A DNA stretch of 64,000 nt, from contig MNCI01000918.1 in assembly GCA_015680685.1 (NCBI GenBank), forward strand, positions 147,042-211,041, in the 5' to 3' direction. This stretch comes from Gnetum montanum (Eukaryota; Plantae; Gnetophyta). The translations under genes were made by a program, and so were the position numbers. Position 1 is the first letter of the stretch. Every line of letters begins with the position of its first letter. Shown one piece after another: positions 1 to 15,100 of this stretch. The notes beneath the pieces were generated by a model that worked only from the letters and a program-made list of their open reading frames with translations, did not search any database and was not told the DNA's origin.

Positions 1-65
1 TCAACATCTCTAAAGTGATGTTTAAAAAAATATTAAAATATCATGTTTGAGAAACATTATAGAAC

Positions 66-143
66 CTGTTGCCAACTACCAAATTCACTGTCGGCATTCA
101 GAATATGTCTGTACTTATGCAATGCCTGTTTCATGCTCAATAC
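66..143 (-). CDS. SPG15: Spastizin exon 19
   Basis: tcctag|VLSMKQALHKYRHILNADSEFGSWQQ|gttcta. Confidence 0.85.
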
Positions 144-3100
144 CTAGGAAGAAAATAATATCACTTAGACAATAATCTTAAACAATGGTTGCTTAAGTGA
201 AAAGGTGATGCTACATACCTCTGGCCTAAGAGGGTCGTTCTCAGATAAATGGCAACTGCACATCGTAAGCACATCAATTGCGGCTTCTAACTCCCAACAA
301 TGAAGATTCCTGAAAAGATATTAAGACATGGAAACAGAAAAACCAAGAATTTCAAAAAGAAGACATCAACATTTCCTTCTACATTATGCGTATTTTCTGT
401 TGCACAAAAATGAATACAAATACTAATGTACTAGCTAGCACCATCCTGCTAGCATAAATACTAAACTGTAAAGAAACGGTAACAAGAGATTTGGATGAAC
501 TTTAAAAAAAAATATCTCTCCCTACATGTGAAAGGCAAGAGACAACTCATATAGCTAGCCAAAGCCATTGTTCATCGAACAAGTCAAGGATGATGATGAT
601 GTATATAAACTGTGAAGATCACTAGGGCAGTAAAAAGTCCACTGGAGATTCCCATCATATATGTCCTATTATTTTGATCAAAAAAAAAAACATCAAAATC
701 ACCGAGGTGAGGTGTGAAGTATGCTATCTTACTTGAGAGCTAAAATTGCTGCAAGTCGCTTGTCTCTAAGCCTAATGCAGTATTGCCAACTGTTACTGAA
801 AACCTTCCGGTTCAGACGATAGCTGCGTAACTGATTAGGTCTAGAATAACTTTCTTCTCCTCGTTCAATAAGCAATTGTAATAATCTATCAGAAGCTCCA
901 TTTCGTAGACAACGATCTGAAAGAGCCAAAGCATCTAACAATTTGCTTTCTGATATAAGCCTGCAATGAAAAATCATTAAAATATGATAAAAATCCATGA
1001 ATTTCCCAGGTAAACATTGATTCCTATAGATTTCTAATTAGAAACCTCAACAAAAACCTTTCAACAGTTTCTTCATATGGTGCCTCATTTTCCCAGGTAA
1101 AAAATAAGCATTCATGGTGTTCTGCAGCAACAGTCTTCAACTCTTGACAATCGTCCAACACAATGGATTTGGACTTTCCATCCTTTGATCCTATCTTATA
1201 ACCACTTGTGGAAATAGAAGCACCAAGTTCTTCTTGGTTGTTTTCATCTTCTTCAGATTCATCATCTTTATCCAATTTCCTCTGGCGTTTCCTACAAACT
1301 CTATGTTTATTTGTTTGAAGGCTCATCTCTGAATCAGGCTTTGATGTCATTGGAGAATCTAAACGACGATGAAGATTGGCTTGCATTTGTATCCATCGAT
1401 TTAACGTTGGAAATCTGGCATAATTTTCAGAGAGGATAAGCATTAAATACTTATACTTGAAAAATGTAAATTTGATTAACAAATATCAAAAACCGAAATT
1501 GACAAGTGTTTGGAAAACAGTTTTTACCGCTCTGACTGCTCAAGCGCAAACTCATAAAATACCCTTTCATTATCTATCAAAAAAGAAGATTTTCCTCCAC
1601 GTCCCACTGAATCTGTAGATTCTGTACGGCTGAAGCTTTTGGAAAACATGCTTCCAAAGACACATGCCAGAACAGCTCGAACAGATGACAAAGTAGCAAG
1701 ATGTTTAATCACAGTTAACTGCAGGGGATATAGTTGATGCCTTACACGCTTTGAACTTGAAATGCTAGATGAATCAATTCTCGGTCCTGAGCATGAACTA
1801 TGAGAACCGCTGTTAGAATCAGGATCAGAATAAGAGACAGGTGCAATACAAGCCCAGCCATTACTGCTTTTTGGAGGATAGACCGGAGACACACATCCAG
1901 ACGTTATTTCATGAGCCAAATCAACACCCATAATATCTGCAACTTTACCCGCTGCATCAGCATTTCCTCTCTCAAAGACAAGACGTGTCAACACCTAAAA
2001 ACAATGAGAGATTCCTTAGACCTATAATTTTACAGAAATTGTTGCAATAAATGATGCTAGTTCCAATTCACAACACCTTAGTAGCATTGTACACTGATTT
2101 TGCATCTGATCAGACCTAGTTGTTCAAAATAATATCAGGCAAATTATTCAAACAGAATATATGCAACTGATGCAAGTTCTCAAAAAACCACAAAACAATA
2201 AAGGAATAGAATCGCAACAGTTCCATCATGATGTCCATCACAGCCTACACTAAAAATTAATTTGTTTGACAGGCTATTGCAATGAATGACAATTGTAATA
2301 TTGCTTTTAATGCAGTGTCTGTACTTCTTTTAAGATGTTCTATTACAATTTCTTAACAAATGGAAAGAAGTATTATTAAGGTAGCAATATTTTCTCAAAA
2401 TTTTTTAAAATATTTCTCACAATTCTTATGCATTTAGACTTTCTGAACCTCCTTTGATATAGTTAAGTTGATAGCTTAGCAACAATCTCTGAAACAACGC
2501 AAGAAGCGTACCAAAGCCAACAAAGACAAACATAAGTGACATGCACCGCATATTAGCATGAGCAAATCCCAAGTAGGACTCTAAAGCAACCTGCACTGAT
2601 GCATATATGTAAGGTTATGTTCATCATAGATAAGGAAGCTTCCTTGCCTATTCACAAACCATGTACAATCGATAGTCATAACCTTTTTTTTTTATTTATT
2701 TTTTTGAATTCTATTGCACTTCCATTCATCACTGGATGACATAACTCATTGTATCAAGTTGATCCATGCTTGGACCTCAAGATTTTGAAACTGAACTGCT
2801 TTAGTTACATCTTGTGATGACCCCAAGGATCTATTGCATAGTTTAATTTCAGTCACTATCTTTTGCACAATGCCTGTATCACTACTGGGATTGAACCTCT
2901 GACTTGTGCCACAAGCCTTACCAACCTGTAAACTATATAATCATACTCATCTTCTTTCTATACACATTTCTTATTCCCTAGAAAAACTGAAAACTGAATT
3001 TTTTTACTATGCATTTAAATTCAAGAAAAGGTGCAATATTATGTCTACATGAACAAGAAAAAGATAGAATGAATTATGGATGTCTGTTTCTTTTCATTTT

Positions 3101-6100
3101 CTATTCTATATTTTCCATCTAATTCTTCTTTGAAAAAAAAGATACAGGGTGGCCTCAATGTCTTAATCAGGAAAATAAACAGTTAATCAGATGTTCTATA
3201 GAGATCTGAAAAGCCTTAAATTACAATAAAACAGCAATAAACACATTCATTTTTATTGTACATTACTCCTAGAGACTTTTAAAACTCCAACTACAACAGA
3301 CTATAAAATAATGAAAAGCATAATTAGGTATTTGACACAAATGACTAAGAAAACTATACCAAAAAAATCATATTTAACGTGAAATGACAAGTAATCATTC
3401 CTTGAACTTACATCATTCGGCCACTCATAAACAAGAGTAAAAAAGTTAAAATCATGAGTTGTATCAGTTCCATCAACAACATCACCAATATTAGCAATGT
3501 ACTGGATAAATGCAGCAAGATAAGATGGTTGCTTGGTCAAAATATCTGAAAAGCGCTTCCCAGTTCCTTTTATGTTTAACGAGGAGCTCTCTCCACCATT
3601 TTCAGTTTGCATAGACTGTAATGTTTGTCTGGTTGAACGGAAAAATCCAAGCCCTAGAAGCATATCATGTTCATAGCCAACACAATATTTTCTTTCTGCA
3701 TAGTTACTACTTTCATCAAGCTCCTCATCAGAGATTGCTTTCACAAGGTTGTGCAGTTTGCCTACCAATGAAGGAATAACGTTAAACAAGAGTGAAGAAG
3801 CAAATTATCCACAGAAACATATAGAATCAAACAAGAGTGAATAAGCAAATTATCCACAGAAACATATAGGATCAAAGGTTACCACTAAGAAACTGCCGCT
3901 TCCCCATATGAGCATCTTCTATAACCTGTTCCAAACTGTTAAAGGCACGTTGTCTGTGTCCTTGTCTATAGATTTCCATTGCAGCAGATCCAATTGTATC
4001 TCCAGTTAGCAAGCTCTGCAATGAACATGTTGTACACTAAAAAGAGATATGGTTCAGCAGCGAGCAACACTTTCAGAGAATTAAAAAATCCAAAGCATGT
4101 GTATAAAAAACCATTATAAATATGATATCAAAGTATAAATCATTCAAATCACTTATTTCAAAGATAAGATTCTAAATATTCATGATAATGGAAGACGTTA
4201 TCTTCAATCTTAATAATTCAAAGTTATGACCATTCATTGTAGCTACAAAAGAAATTTTGATGTCATGATCACTCATGTAGCCACAAAAGAAATTTTGATG
4301 TCAACATTCTTGCTGTCAACGATAACTGAAAGTACTATTAAAAATAAAACCACAAAGCAAATTTTGATGCCAACAGAATCTTTCATCAAGTATTTCTCAG
4401 CAGATTAACCTGTTCATCAGCATAAAACTTGTCAAAGGTGTGTTCCTTCAAATATATGACAGCTTCATGGCATGTCACGGCATCTAGGCAATTAGTGGAT
4501 CATCATGTTGGATAAGATTTCAAAGTTTAATTATACAAAAAGTCAAATTTAATAGATATGAAATAAAACATATGCAATAAACACTACAGATGAATTCTAT
4601 CTTGATTCTTAGTTTTCTACAAAGCCTTCTACAAGTGACTGGAGGGCCCATCATTTAAAGTGATGGTAAAACTCTTGTTACTCAAGTGTTCAAGTCAGGT
4701 GCAGCCACTCAAAAAGAGGTTAGGCTTCACTAATCTGCCAACCTTCCCAAGGACCTTGCTTGGTGGGAAGAGAATTGAGCCTCCAGGTGATGAGCATATC
4801 ATCATCATCATCATCATCCTAGCCTTATCCCAACTACATGGGAACATCTATATAAGTTCTTTCATTTGCTGCTTCTAAGAGTCAAATAAACATTAATACC
4901 CAAATCTTAATGTCTTTCTTCATGCAAGCAAACCAAGTATATTTTGGTCTAACTTTTTGTTGGTTCTTCTTAACTTTAATAAAGTGACCTCTCCTAACAA
5001 AAGCTTCCTCCGGTCTTCTTAACACATGACAAAACAATCTAAGATGACTTTCCTTAATCAGGACAACTGTACTTTATGGGTCCAGCAATTTTCCAAAATG
5101 TTTTCCCATACTGTATTACATTTTTTGGGAACATAAAGTATTTGCATGCTCTTTTAGTAATCACATTGCATTGGTCAAAATCACGTTACATTCATAGAGT
5201 GGCATTGATCAGACCCATAAAGTACAATTATACCCATTAATCTTCTCATATATAGAAGTTACTCCCAAACTTCCCCTAATAAGAAGGGAGTTGATTTGAT
5301 CTTTTCTAGTCATACCCAACATCCACCTTAGCATATGGATCTTTACCACGTGCATGTGTTTTGCCTTATGTTTTTTGATAGGTCAGCATTCTGCACCATA
5401 AAAGATCATAAGTCTAATAGCAATTTTGTATAACTTACCCTTCAACCTCACAAAGATTCCTCTATCAAAAAGCACACCAATAATTTCCCACCATTTCCTC
5501 CATCCTAGTTCAATTCTATTTGGCATATCATCGTTAATCTTCCCATCCACTTGAACCAGAGACCCCAAGTATGTAAATTGCTTACATTGAGAAAATTCTT
5601 GGTTTTAAATTCTAATATTTGTTTCTTCATAACTAGCTTTTCTAATAAAGTGTACTCATTGTATTTCATTTTACTTCTACTAATCCTCAACCCTTTTGAT
5701 TCTAGGGTGTTTCTCTAACTCACCATTTTTGCAGTCAACACTTCCTTAGATACTTCCACTAAAACAATATCATCAACAAAGAGCATACACCTAGGGATAT
5801 CATCTTGACTATCTTTGGTTAGCTCATCCATAATCATGGCAAACAAATAGGGGCTTAGAATAGATCCTTGGTGTTACTGACCTTCACAGGAAGGACTCTT
5901 TCCACAAACAATTTAAACTTGAGTTGCTACTCCATCATACATGTCTTATATAGCCTTTACATACCCTATAGAAATATCCTTCCAATTTAACACCCATCAA
6001 AAAATATCTTGGGGAACTATATCATACATGTTCTCCAAGTCAATGAAAATCATATGCAAATTCCTTCTATTACACCTGAAATTTTCCATTGATGGCTTCA

Positions 6101-9100
6101 ATAGTAGATCTTTCAAACATAAAACCAAACTGATTCTCAAAAGCAGTTGATTCTTGCCCTAAAAGTTGTTCTATAACCCTTTCCCATAACTTCATAGTGA
6201 TGAGCATATATACACACACTGCAATTGACTAGAGAATTATTCTACTTGATAAATGGTGAAACTTGGCCATTCACCTAATATTTGACTTCAATAATAATGA
6301 GTTGTCTAGTGGCATTTTGTAAGTCAATTGTAAACCCTAGACTTATGAAGCATTTTACACCTTGTGTTTGTGATTTTCGTGCATACCCTATGTTAGCACA
6401 CCCCCCACACCAACACAAGGGCACTAACGCACCCTCCTTGCTGGCTTGGTTGGATCCCTTTGCCCCCTATCACCTCTGGTGTGATTTCAAAATGCTTAGG
6501 CAATGCTAACAAACCTCCATTAATGCATGGGCATTAGCAAACCTCTATCTTTGTGTCGTATAAACTATAAATACTTGGGATGATCTCTCACACAACAACT
6601 TCATTCTAGCATTTTCATTAAGCTTTTGGTATCCAGTTTTGTGTGAAGAGTTCTTCCTCCCTTTGGTAAGTTAATTTCCTTCCCTATCTTGTGTGCAGTT
6701 TGGGTCATCACTTTCACAAGTGCAGCTAAACTCTATCAAAGTGCTACCTTGCTTACATAGCTGGAAACCATTTGGTCGATGCAAAGTCCAATGTTTGTGC
6801 AACGAATAAAGCTTCTAGTTTTCCCTTATTTTACTATTGATACCTTAAACACTAAAACACTAAAAAGCAATAAATGTTAAAAACAATAAAAATATTTACT
6901 TAATTCTCATTTTTCATAAGCTATGACAATTCATCCTTACCCAACAAGGTCATAACTGTATGACATGGTGTTGGACCATCAAGTTGTGTCTAAGAGCCAT
7001 TTTTATTACATTTCGTGTGTGGTATTGCACATGTCCCCAAGAAGGATTGCAACACAAAATATGCACCTATCTCTAAGAGGGATTGCAATGCATGTGTGCT
7101 TATTATTGTTTTGTTTCTTATAATTCTAAAATCCATAAAAATTATAAAACATAAAATTATAAATATTTTCTCTATTTCTCTCACCATGGCAACATCTGTG
7201 AGCCACCAATTCCCGAGGAGATGGAAGGAGAAGAACTTAAATCTCCTACTTTGGAACCTACTCAAGAAAAACCTCCACCCCGAAGCAGATTAGGAGGTAG
7301 GCAGTCATGTTCTCGATCTTCGGGACAAGCATGTGCTCAACAACAAACAACTAAACAAGTGCCAAATGAGCTGGCAAAAGATGGAAATGATGAGCCTAAC
7401 AATATCTAAAAAGGTGTCAATGCACACAATATTCAACAGCAACCAATTCATGAAGAAAAGAACTACCATCAATTTATTGAGCTTGGTCCTCCTAAGCTCA
7501 AGGAGTTGCTACAGAAAATGGGTTTCTATGAGTATATCACCCGATCCTTCACTTAATACCAACATCAAGTAGACGAATTCCACCAAAACCTTGCAATAGA
7601 TAGTGCCATGACTTTTGTTGGAGGGATTCCTGTGCCTATCTCTACATGGGCAATCTCTAGGGCTCCAGGATTCCCAAATGAACCAACAAACAACTACTGG
7701 CAACAAACCCATGACACTAAGCCCAAGCTCAAGTCAAAGGTCCTGTTTAAGGCCTTCGGCATGGACAAGGCAAAGATGAAGATGTCTAAACTTCCTTTGT
7801 TCGTAATGTCATGTACAAGATCATCACACATAACTTTTTGCCTACCAAGTGACAATTGAGTATCTCTGCTCAAGGGGCTAAAGTTGTTGCAATGATGAGA
7901 AGGAAGTGTATCATCAACATCTCATTTTTTCCCTACAAGGCCTTGATTTAGAGGATCAAAGGTGTGGCCAAAGACAATAGAGAGGTCTATATCTTTCTAG
8001 GGTTAATTCAAAAACTTTGTGAACTGGCGGGCATAGTGAAACATGTGGGAAGACATCCCACAACTATGTGAATGGAAAACTAGGAGAATGTAACAGTGGT
8101 TGGTCATTGGGGCCATAGTCAATTCGAAGGATGAGACTCCTACAAAGGTATCTCATATCCACCCTTTAGACCAACTCCATCAATGCCAAACAAGGGCACC
8201 ATCCACACCCCAAGCATCTCAACATACATAGGTACAATGGCCTAGCAAATCCATCTCCTGATCTTCTAATTTCAATATCATACAGAGCTAGAAACCTCTT
8301 CCCAGTGGTGGGTTTTGCCTCGTTATGCACATCGAAGATGAGGGGCCACATCACATGGAGGGTCTTTTGCTATGAAAAAGGTCATATAGCAGGGCTTCTC
8401 TTACCCTTCAGAAAAACCTATCAGAGCTTGAGGGGATAATGGGACAGGGTGTGGGATGTTCACAGTTACAGAGGGTTACACATCTTGTTCTCCTCAGAAT
8501 TCTCAACTTAAATGCACATAGGGTTTTTCGGGTTGTCATACCAATATGGCCTAACCCACCTCTTTGAAAACCTCTCCATGTGACCTGGCCCTCAAAGGAT
8601 GATCTATCACTATAGAACCTAAATAATGATCCTCCTAACTCTTCTTCCTTCTTATTTTACTTGGCTTTTTACTCTTTGTTTACAGCTTTCAACAACAGAT
8701 TTCTTCTTTTCTACGCATTAAGATCTATTAACACTAAGAGTATGACCTCTATAAAATCAGCCTTGCCTCTCTTTAAAAAAATATAAAATAAAATAAATAA
8801 ACTTAAGCTGTAGTGTAACCATCATAAAAGTAGAGATTCCATTCATTCTAAATCAGAGGAACACTGTAGAATATTTTTATATAAAGAGATTTGAAACATA
8901 CCTGTTCAAGAAAGTCAAGTAAACGTTGAACAACTCGTTTTGCCACTGAAATGATGCATCTATATTGAACATGTTCCCAGTGAGATAGCCCTGCCCTTTC
9001 AGTGATTCCCAATGAAACATCAGATAGCAAAGTCCGTGCCTGTTATTACTCAATTAAGAAAACGGAAGTGTAAAGTACAAAGTTGAAACTAAAAGCACAT

Positions 9101-12100
9101 AATGTAATAGAACTAAGCACAGCAAGAGTGTAACTTATTTTTTGAAAACCACTAACACCAAATGAAAATGTTACCTGATCTATCAATTTCTTTGACATCT
9201 CTATAGATCTAGCAGATGTAAGAGCAATATCTGTGCAAAGAAGAGCCTGAAAATGCTTTGACTAATTAACAAGATATTTTAAATGGTATAAACGTGAGGA
9301 TGGATAATCAAAAATTTTTTATAAGCTTAGCTTACTGTTGCCAGGCTGCCTATTTGTAATTGAATAGCTGCAAAGTCAATAGCAATATTTACATTCAGTT
9401 TTCCTTCAGCAACACGAGACATTTCATCTTCTATCTGTCAGACGTTAGAGAAAGCATATGTAGCTCATTGATGTTGAAATGATCGAACATAAAAACAAAT
9501 GGCATGAAAGAATCAAAAAGAACTAACAACTAAATTAAGAGTTGTACAATTAGTTGTCAAATTAATAACAGGCTAACAAATCAAACACTTCAATATCAAA
9601 TTATCATGTATTGAAAAACAGATATCAGATATCAGAATCAAAACACTTATTCATACTCTTGCTCTTGTAAATGCACCATCAACCCATTCAGCTAGCTGTA
9701 GTGCTACTCTATCTTCGGGAGGAAGTGCAAAACGATGGAGAGCCTCTTTTCCAATATCAAACTGTTCTCTTTGCATACATCTGTAAATGCATCCCATTAC
9801 TAACATAGTAGGGAAAGAGAATGTGTCTAAAACGCTTCAAAGCAATACTCTAAACTAACATTTTAAGTAGAATATTTAAATCTGTACTTTGATGTAAGGC
9901 TGATCATCATTAACCTTACGGTTAAAATTTGAAATAAAAAAAATAGGGTATATTATTACATTTCTGAGATTAAGAAATTTGTCACAGAAAAGGATATTTT
10001 ATGCTTATTTATTTGAAACTGAACAGGTTTGAACAAACATGAACAAAATCATAAGTACATTAAACCTTACATAAACAACTAACAGGACGCTGATACAAAT
10101 AAAATTTCATCAGGAAGCTATTACCTTTACTCAAGCAGAACATGACTGATGCACATATGATTGATATAACAAATGAACCCAACAAGAAAATGATTTACAC
10201 TCCCAACATTACTTGGCAAAAACAGATTTAATACAAGCTCTTACAAATTCAATAATCTTGAAGGTGCAGCACGCAAAATAGCCAACGCCTCTTTCCAGGT
10301 CCACTGGTGTTCGGGATATGGAAGAAGTCGCTGTAAGACAGACAGGCGCCATTGCCAATTTTCAATGAACTGCTTGATAACATCTATTCTCCATTCCAAA
10401 GCTTTCTTGCCAGATTCACCTATTTCAATTCCTAAGGATGGAACTGAATCACGTAATATCTTCAAGATAAAGCTAATAAGAGAAACCACTGATTGCTTTT
10501 CTGATCCATTTGAGACTGACACGTGCTTGGTATTCTCAACTACATAGAGAGCGGAACTTACAGAAATACCATCCATATGGAGAAGTGAGATGATGATGCA
10601 CAACATGAACAACTGCAGCAGCAACGTATGTTAAGTTATAAAAGCTGGTAATTGTATTAGAGCTTAAAAACTAATTATATAACCCAAAAAAATGCCTCTG
10701 AAATCAACCTGTAATAAATAAAAGACATATTTTGCACATAATAAAATGCAGGTAAAATAACTCTTTATTGAAACCTTTTCAGTAAAGTTTCAACTTTGTA
10801 TGTGGTTGGCTATGTTCAAACTTTGTATCCATCAGGGCATCAGCCTAAAATTATGGATCTGTAGCCACTAGAATACTGAATGTTGACTGGAACTATGGCC
10901 CAGTCTCCAACATGTCTTTTCTTCCTTAACCTGGGTTAAGGAAGAACATCTCTACACCCCTGCTGGATGTCAAGTTGAGTTCAACAATTTGAGCTTCAAT
11001 TACACAGGATTATTCACTGAAGATATTTCTTGTCTACATCAATGATCTGTTACAACATATAGATGTGGAAGATGCTTTTTAACTTAAATATGTTTGAATA
11101 TTTTTAATATTGTTTCTCAGTAAACCCTCTGGCTGGGATTCTAGGGATAAACTTTCTGTTCGTTCCAACTAAAGGATGTACTAAACAGTGAAGTTAAATA
11201 GAAATGAGCAATAGGGAAATAACAATCACAGATTAAAAAATAACAAATTATAACACTGTGAAAGAGTAACATTGTCAAGTATTCATTGTCGAATATTAAA
11301 CTTCTGGTTCTGATTAGGTTTTCTTCATACATACTGCATCGTAATACAACTAAGGAAATTGATCAAGCAGCCTTTGTCAGTGTTAATTTTGCATTAATAT
11401 CTAATTTGATATCCCTGATAAACATCTCAAAATTGTGTTTTAAAAAAGCCACATTCATTACTATACAATTTTAGAAGGTTTTTTAATCTTGATTGTATAT
11501 TTCTATATTAATCCTCTCAATTGAGATCCCAGACTAAAGGCAAAATTAAAACACATTTCTTAATGGGAAATCTCACAACGATTGTGGACAAACAAATCTT
11601 ACAGGAAAATTTATTTAAACAAATTTTGACATTTCATAAAATTAAGCTCAAGCTTGAAATATATGTCAGGTGAAATGATAAGCCCAAAAATAACATTAAA
11701 CTTCTAGAATACTAAAATGAAAGCAAATACCAGAAATTACCTTTCTAGGAGGACTTCTCACTGCTTCTAAATGTTCTTGAATATTTTTCAAACAATTGTA
11801 GAAATATAACAAATTGCATTGAATCTCTTGATCTGATATGTTCTTCTCCACTGATCCCAGTGCAAGAACAGCAGCTTGTATCCCATAATGCATGTGAAGC
11901 AATTCAACATCTTGCATCCTATATGCATTATCAATTCCAGTAAGTACAAATAAAAACCTTCCTAGAAAGAAATGAGGGATCAGAGAGCTAGAAAGAAAAA
12001 CAGCCAACGTTAAATGTATTACAAACCTACCTACACCAAGCTGCTTGGGGAGAATAAGCCGGTTCCATATTTACAAGTTCAACAGCATCCTGAAACTTTA

Positions 12101-15100
12101 TTTCTGGTACAACATCAAATAGCACCTACAAGGAAGCACCAGCACTACCTGAATTTAGATGACCCAGAAAATCAGATAACTGAATAAGAAGTTGAAACTA
12201 AAATTTTAATCCAAACGAAGTTGAAAACCAACTTCCAGCACAAGAAACATCAATCAAATCTGAAAGGTACAACTTAATTCACTAAATAAAAATTAAAAGA
12301 TCTTGCAACATTTATTTTTAATGTCTCAAAAATTACAATTTATATGAATATGTCCACTCAGCCACCCTTAATGACAATAATTTTGTTCTCTTTCCTATCA
12401 TCTCTCATACTTGCAAGATTTATCAAATTAAGGATTGTTTCAGATGATCAACTGCTTTCTTAGTTTCAAGAAATACTTTCTTCATTTATTACATCATTTT
12501 CACTTGTCTTTCAGTGAAACCTAGAATCTGATCTCCTATTCAAATGATTAGTTCTTGATCTCATGATCCTCAATGATACTTGCTACAAAGTAATTATCTA
12601 ACTTATTATATAGAATAGAATGTAACTGTACGATCTTAAGAGGTCACAGATGGATTAGCACAAGACTGTTCCTACTCAAAATATAGAATTCTATACCACT
12701 TACTCGTAATGTTGTTTGAAGAGCAAGACGTTCAAGAACCAAATTAGCAAGAAACAGATCCAGCGGCCCTCTATCTGAACACTCACTCAGTCTGCTCTCT
12801 TTCCAATGATCTCTCATATCAAATTAAATATTGCTTCAGATGTTCAATCTCTTTCTTAGTTTCAGGAAATATTTTCTTCATTTATTACATCATTTTCACT
12901 TGTCTTTCACTGAAACCTAGAATCTGGTCTCTTATTCAAATGATTAGTTATTGATATCATGATCATGATCTTCAATAATACTTGCTACAAAGTAATTATC
13001 TGACTTATAATATAGAATAGAATGTAACTGTACATTCTTAAGAGGACACGGACGGATTAGCACAAGACTGTTTCTACTTCAAAATATAGAATTTTATATC
13101 ACTTACTCGTAATGGTGTTTGAATAGCAAGAAGTTCAAGAACCAAATTAGCAAAAAACGGATCCAGCGGCCCTCCATCTGAATCCTCACTAAGTCTGTTC
13201 TGATTGGTATTCAAAAAAAGTTTACAAGTTGCAGGATCCCAGTTGTATCCAGACTTGTTACAAGCAGCAAAATAAGCAAGCTCCAAACGATAGCAGAGAT
13301 TATCACAATGATGGTAAATGCAAGACATCTGCACTTGCATAAAGATACTGAACAATTAAACGTAAGCATTTACAACAGCATAAACTGCAAAACAACAGAT
13401 TACCAAAGAATAGAAAGAATGATGCAATAGAATAATCAAACCTCGTCTCCTTGCTTTCGGTAAATAGACAAATCCTCAAGTCTTAATTTCTCTGATTTGC
13501 TGTTCCATAAGATAGCCATCATTTTTCTCCGGGCTTTAGTGTTTCCACGAAGCAGATCCCAACCCATTGCAGCCACTAATGGCAGAAGAGAAGGAAAAAG
13601 GGCAAGAATCTGCTTAAACAAATGTTTTCTATGATTAAATGTATGACAAGTCTCATGAGAAAAAAATTTCAATTATATTATTAGATTTGTATGAATAATA
13701 CCAGTTAAGCACCTTTTTTTGTTTGTTTTTCATTACATTTTTCTTTGTAAACATATTAAAGAATTAAAAATAAAAATAGTTTGGCAGCATACATCACTTG
13801 CTTCTTGTATTTGTTCAACCTTCACCAAAGAAAGAGCTGCTTTCAAGACTATTTCAAAGACATGTTCACCGGATACACGAACATAATGAAAAAGTTCTCT
13901 CTTACAAGCATGGATCAAAGTTTGATCCACTGACAAATTGCAAGAAATCTCATTTTTCTCCGAACGCAACATCTGAACATTTTTAATTAACTTTTGCAAC
14001 GGCAATGGAATGCTATTCTCACTAGATACACTGTGTGGTTGAGCTTCTTCACGAATAATATCATCCAAAATTGTCTGCAATTCAAACAATTGCTCACCAT
14101 AAAATTTATTAATTTTGGCAACAGATAAAATGAATAAAGAAACTGCAGGAAAATAAAACAACTAAAGCATCAAGTTACATCATCTTTTTATGCATGCTTT
14201 GTCAATGGAATACACGATACATTTAAAGCCTGAACTTGTAACCAAAATCTAAACAAGATGGCAATACACATTTTAAGCTATGTTAAATCACACCTTGTAC
14301 GCTTTTTAAATAAAGTGCACTACTAAAGCAAGTTTATATCTGAATTTCATACCTCAACCGTTTTAACTAGGTGAATATTCTTAGAAGTTATGAATGACTT
14401 GTAGATTTTTAACATTCTTTCCCGTGATTGAACCCATGAGCTTCCTAAAAAACAACTTTCAGACTTTATCTTCTTTATAAGGTCACTGATGGTAAGCCTG
14501 CAAATACAATAAAAGATTACTGCATATCCACAAACAATATGGGATATAGATTATGCTGCAACTTGCTGCAACGGAAAAATATAAATGCAGCATTCTAAAT
14601 AAAACTACATTTCATATACAAGATTTCCAAATTTACAATATTTCTTTTGTTAAAAACAGGTAATTCCAACGTAATGCTATTTTATTACACAGAGGTGATG
14701 TGTTCATGCACTGCTTAATGAACAAATAGTCATGCAGCCATGCACTATTGTAACATTTTCTGCAAAGAAACATTTCATGATTTGTAGTGATGGTAAGGTG
14801 CTTGGTTCTCAAGTCATAAGCCCTAGGTTTGAGCCTGGATGCAACCACTCAAATAGAGGTTAGGCTTTCACTCATCCACTAACCTTCCCAGGACCTCACC
14901 TTAGCAGGATGAGCATTGAGCTTTCAGGTGATGACCCTATAACCTTCCTGTTATGAAACAACCATTTAAATATATAGTTCACATGGATTGCAAAAACAGT
15001 TCTTCTTCTAGATGTATAGTTGACTATATGTAGAATAAAGTCTAATATCTTGTCACACCATTCCTCATTGAACGCTTCACCCCTTTAACGTTTACAGCTT

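Noticed and set aside
8349-8358. CATCA+catgg as the right end/TSD of the intronic LTR fragment
   Set aside because: There is no second LTR, the RTE does not resume after it, and coding-like sequence continues through it.
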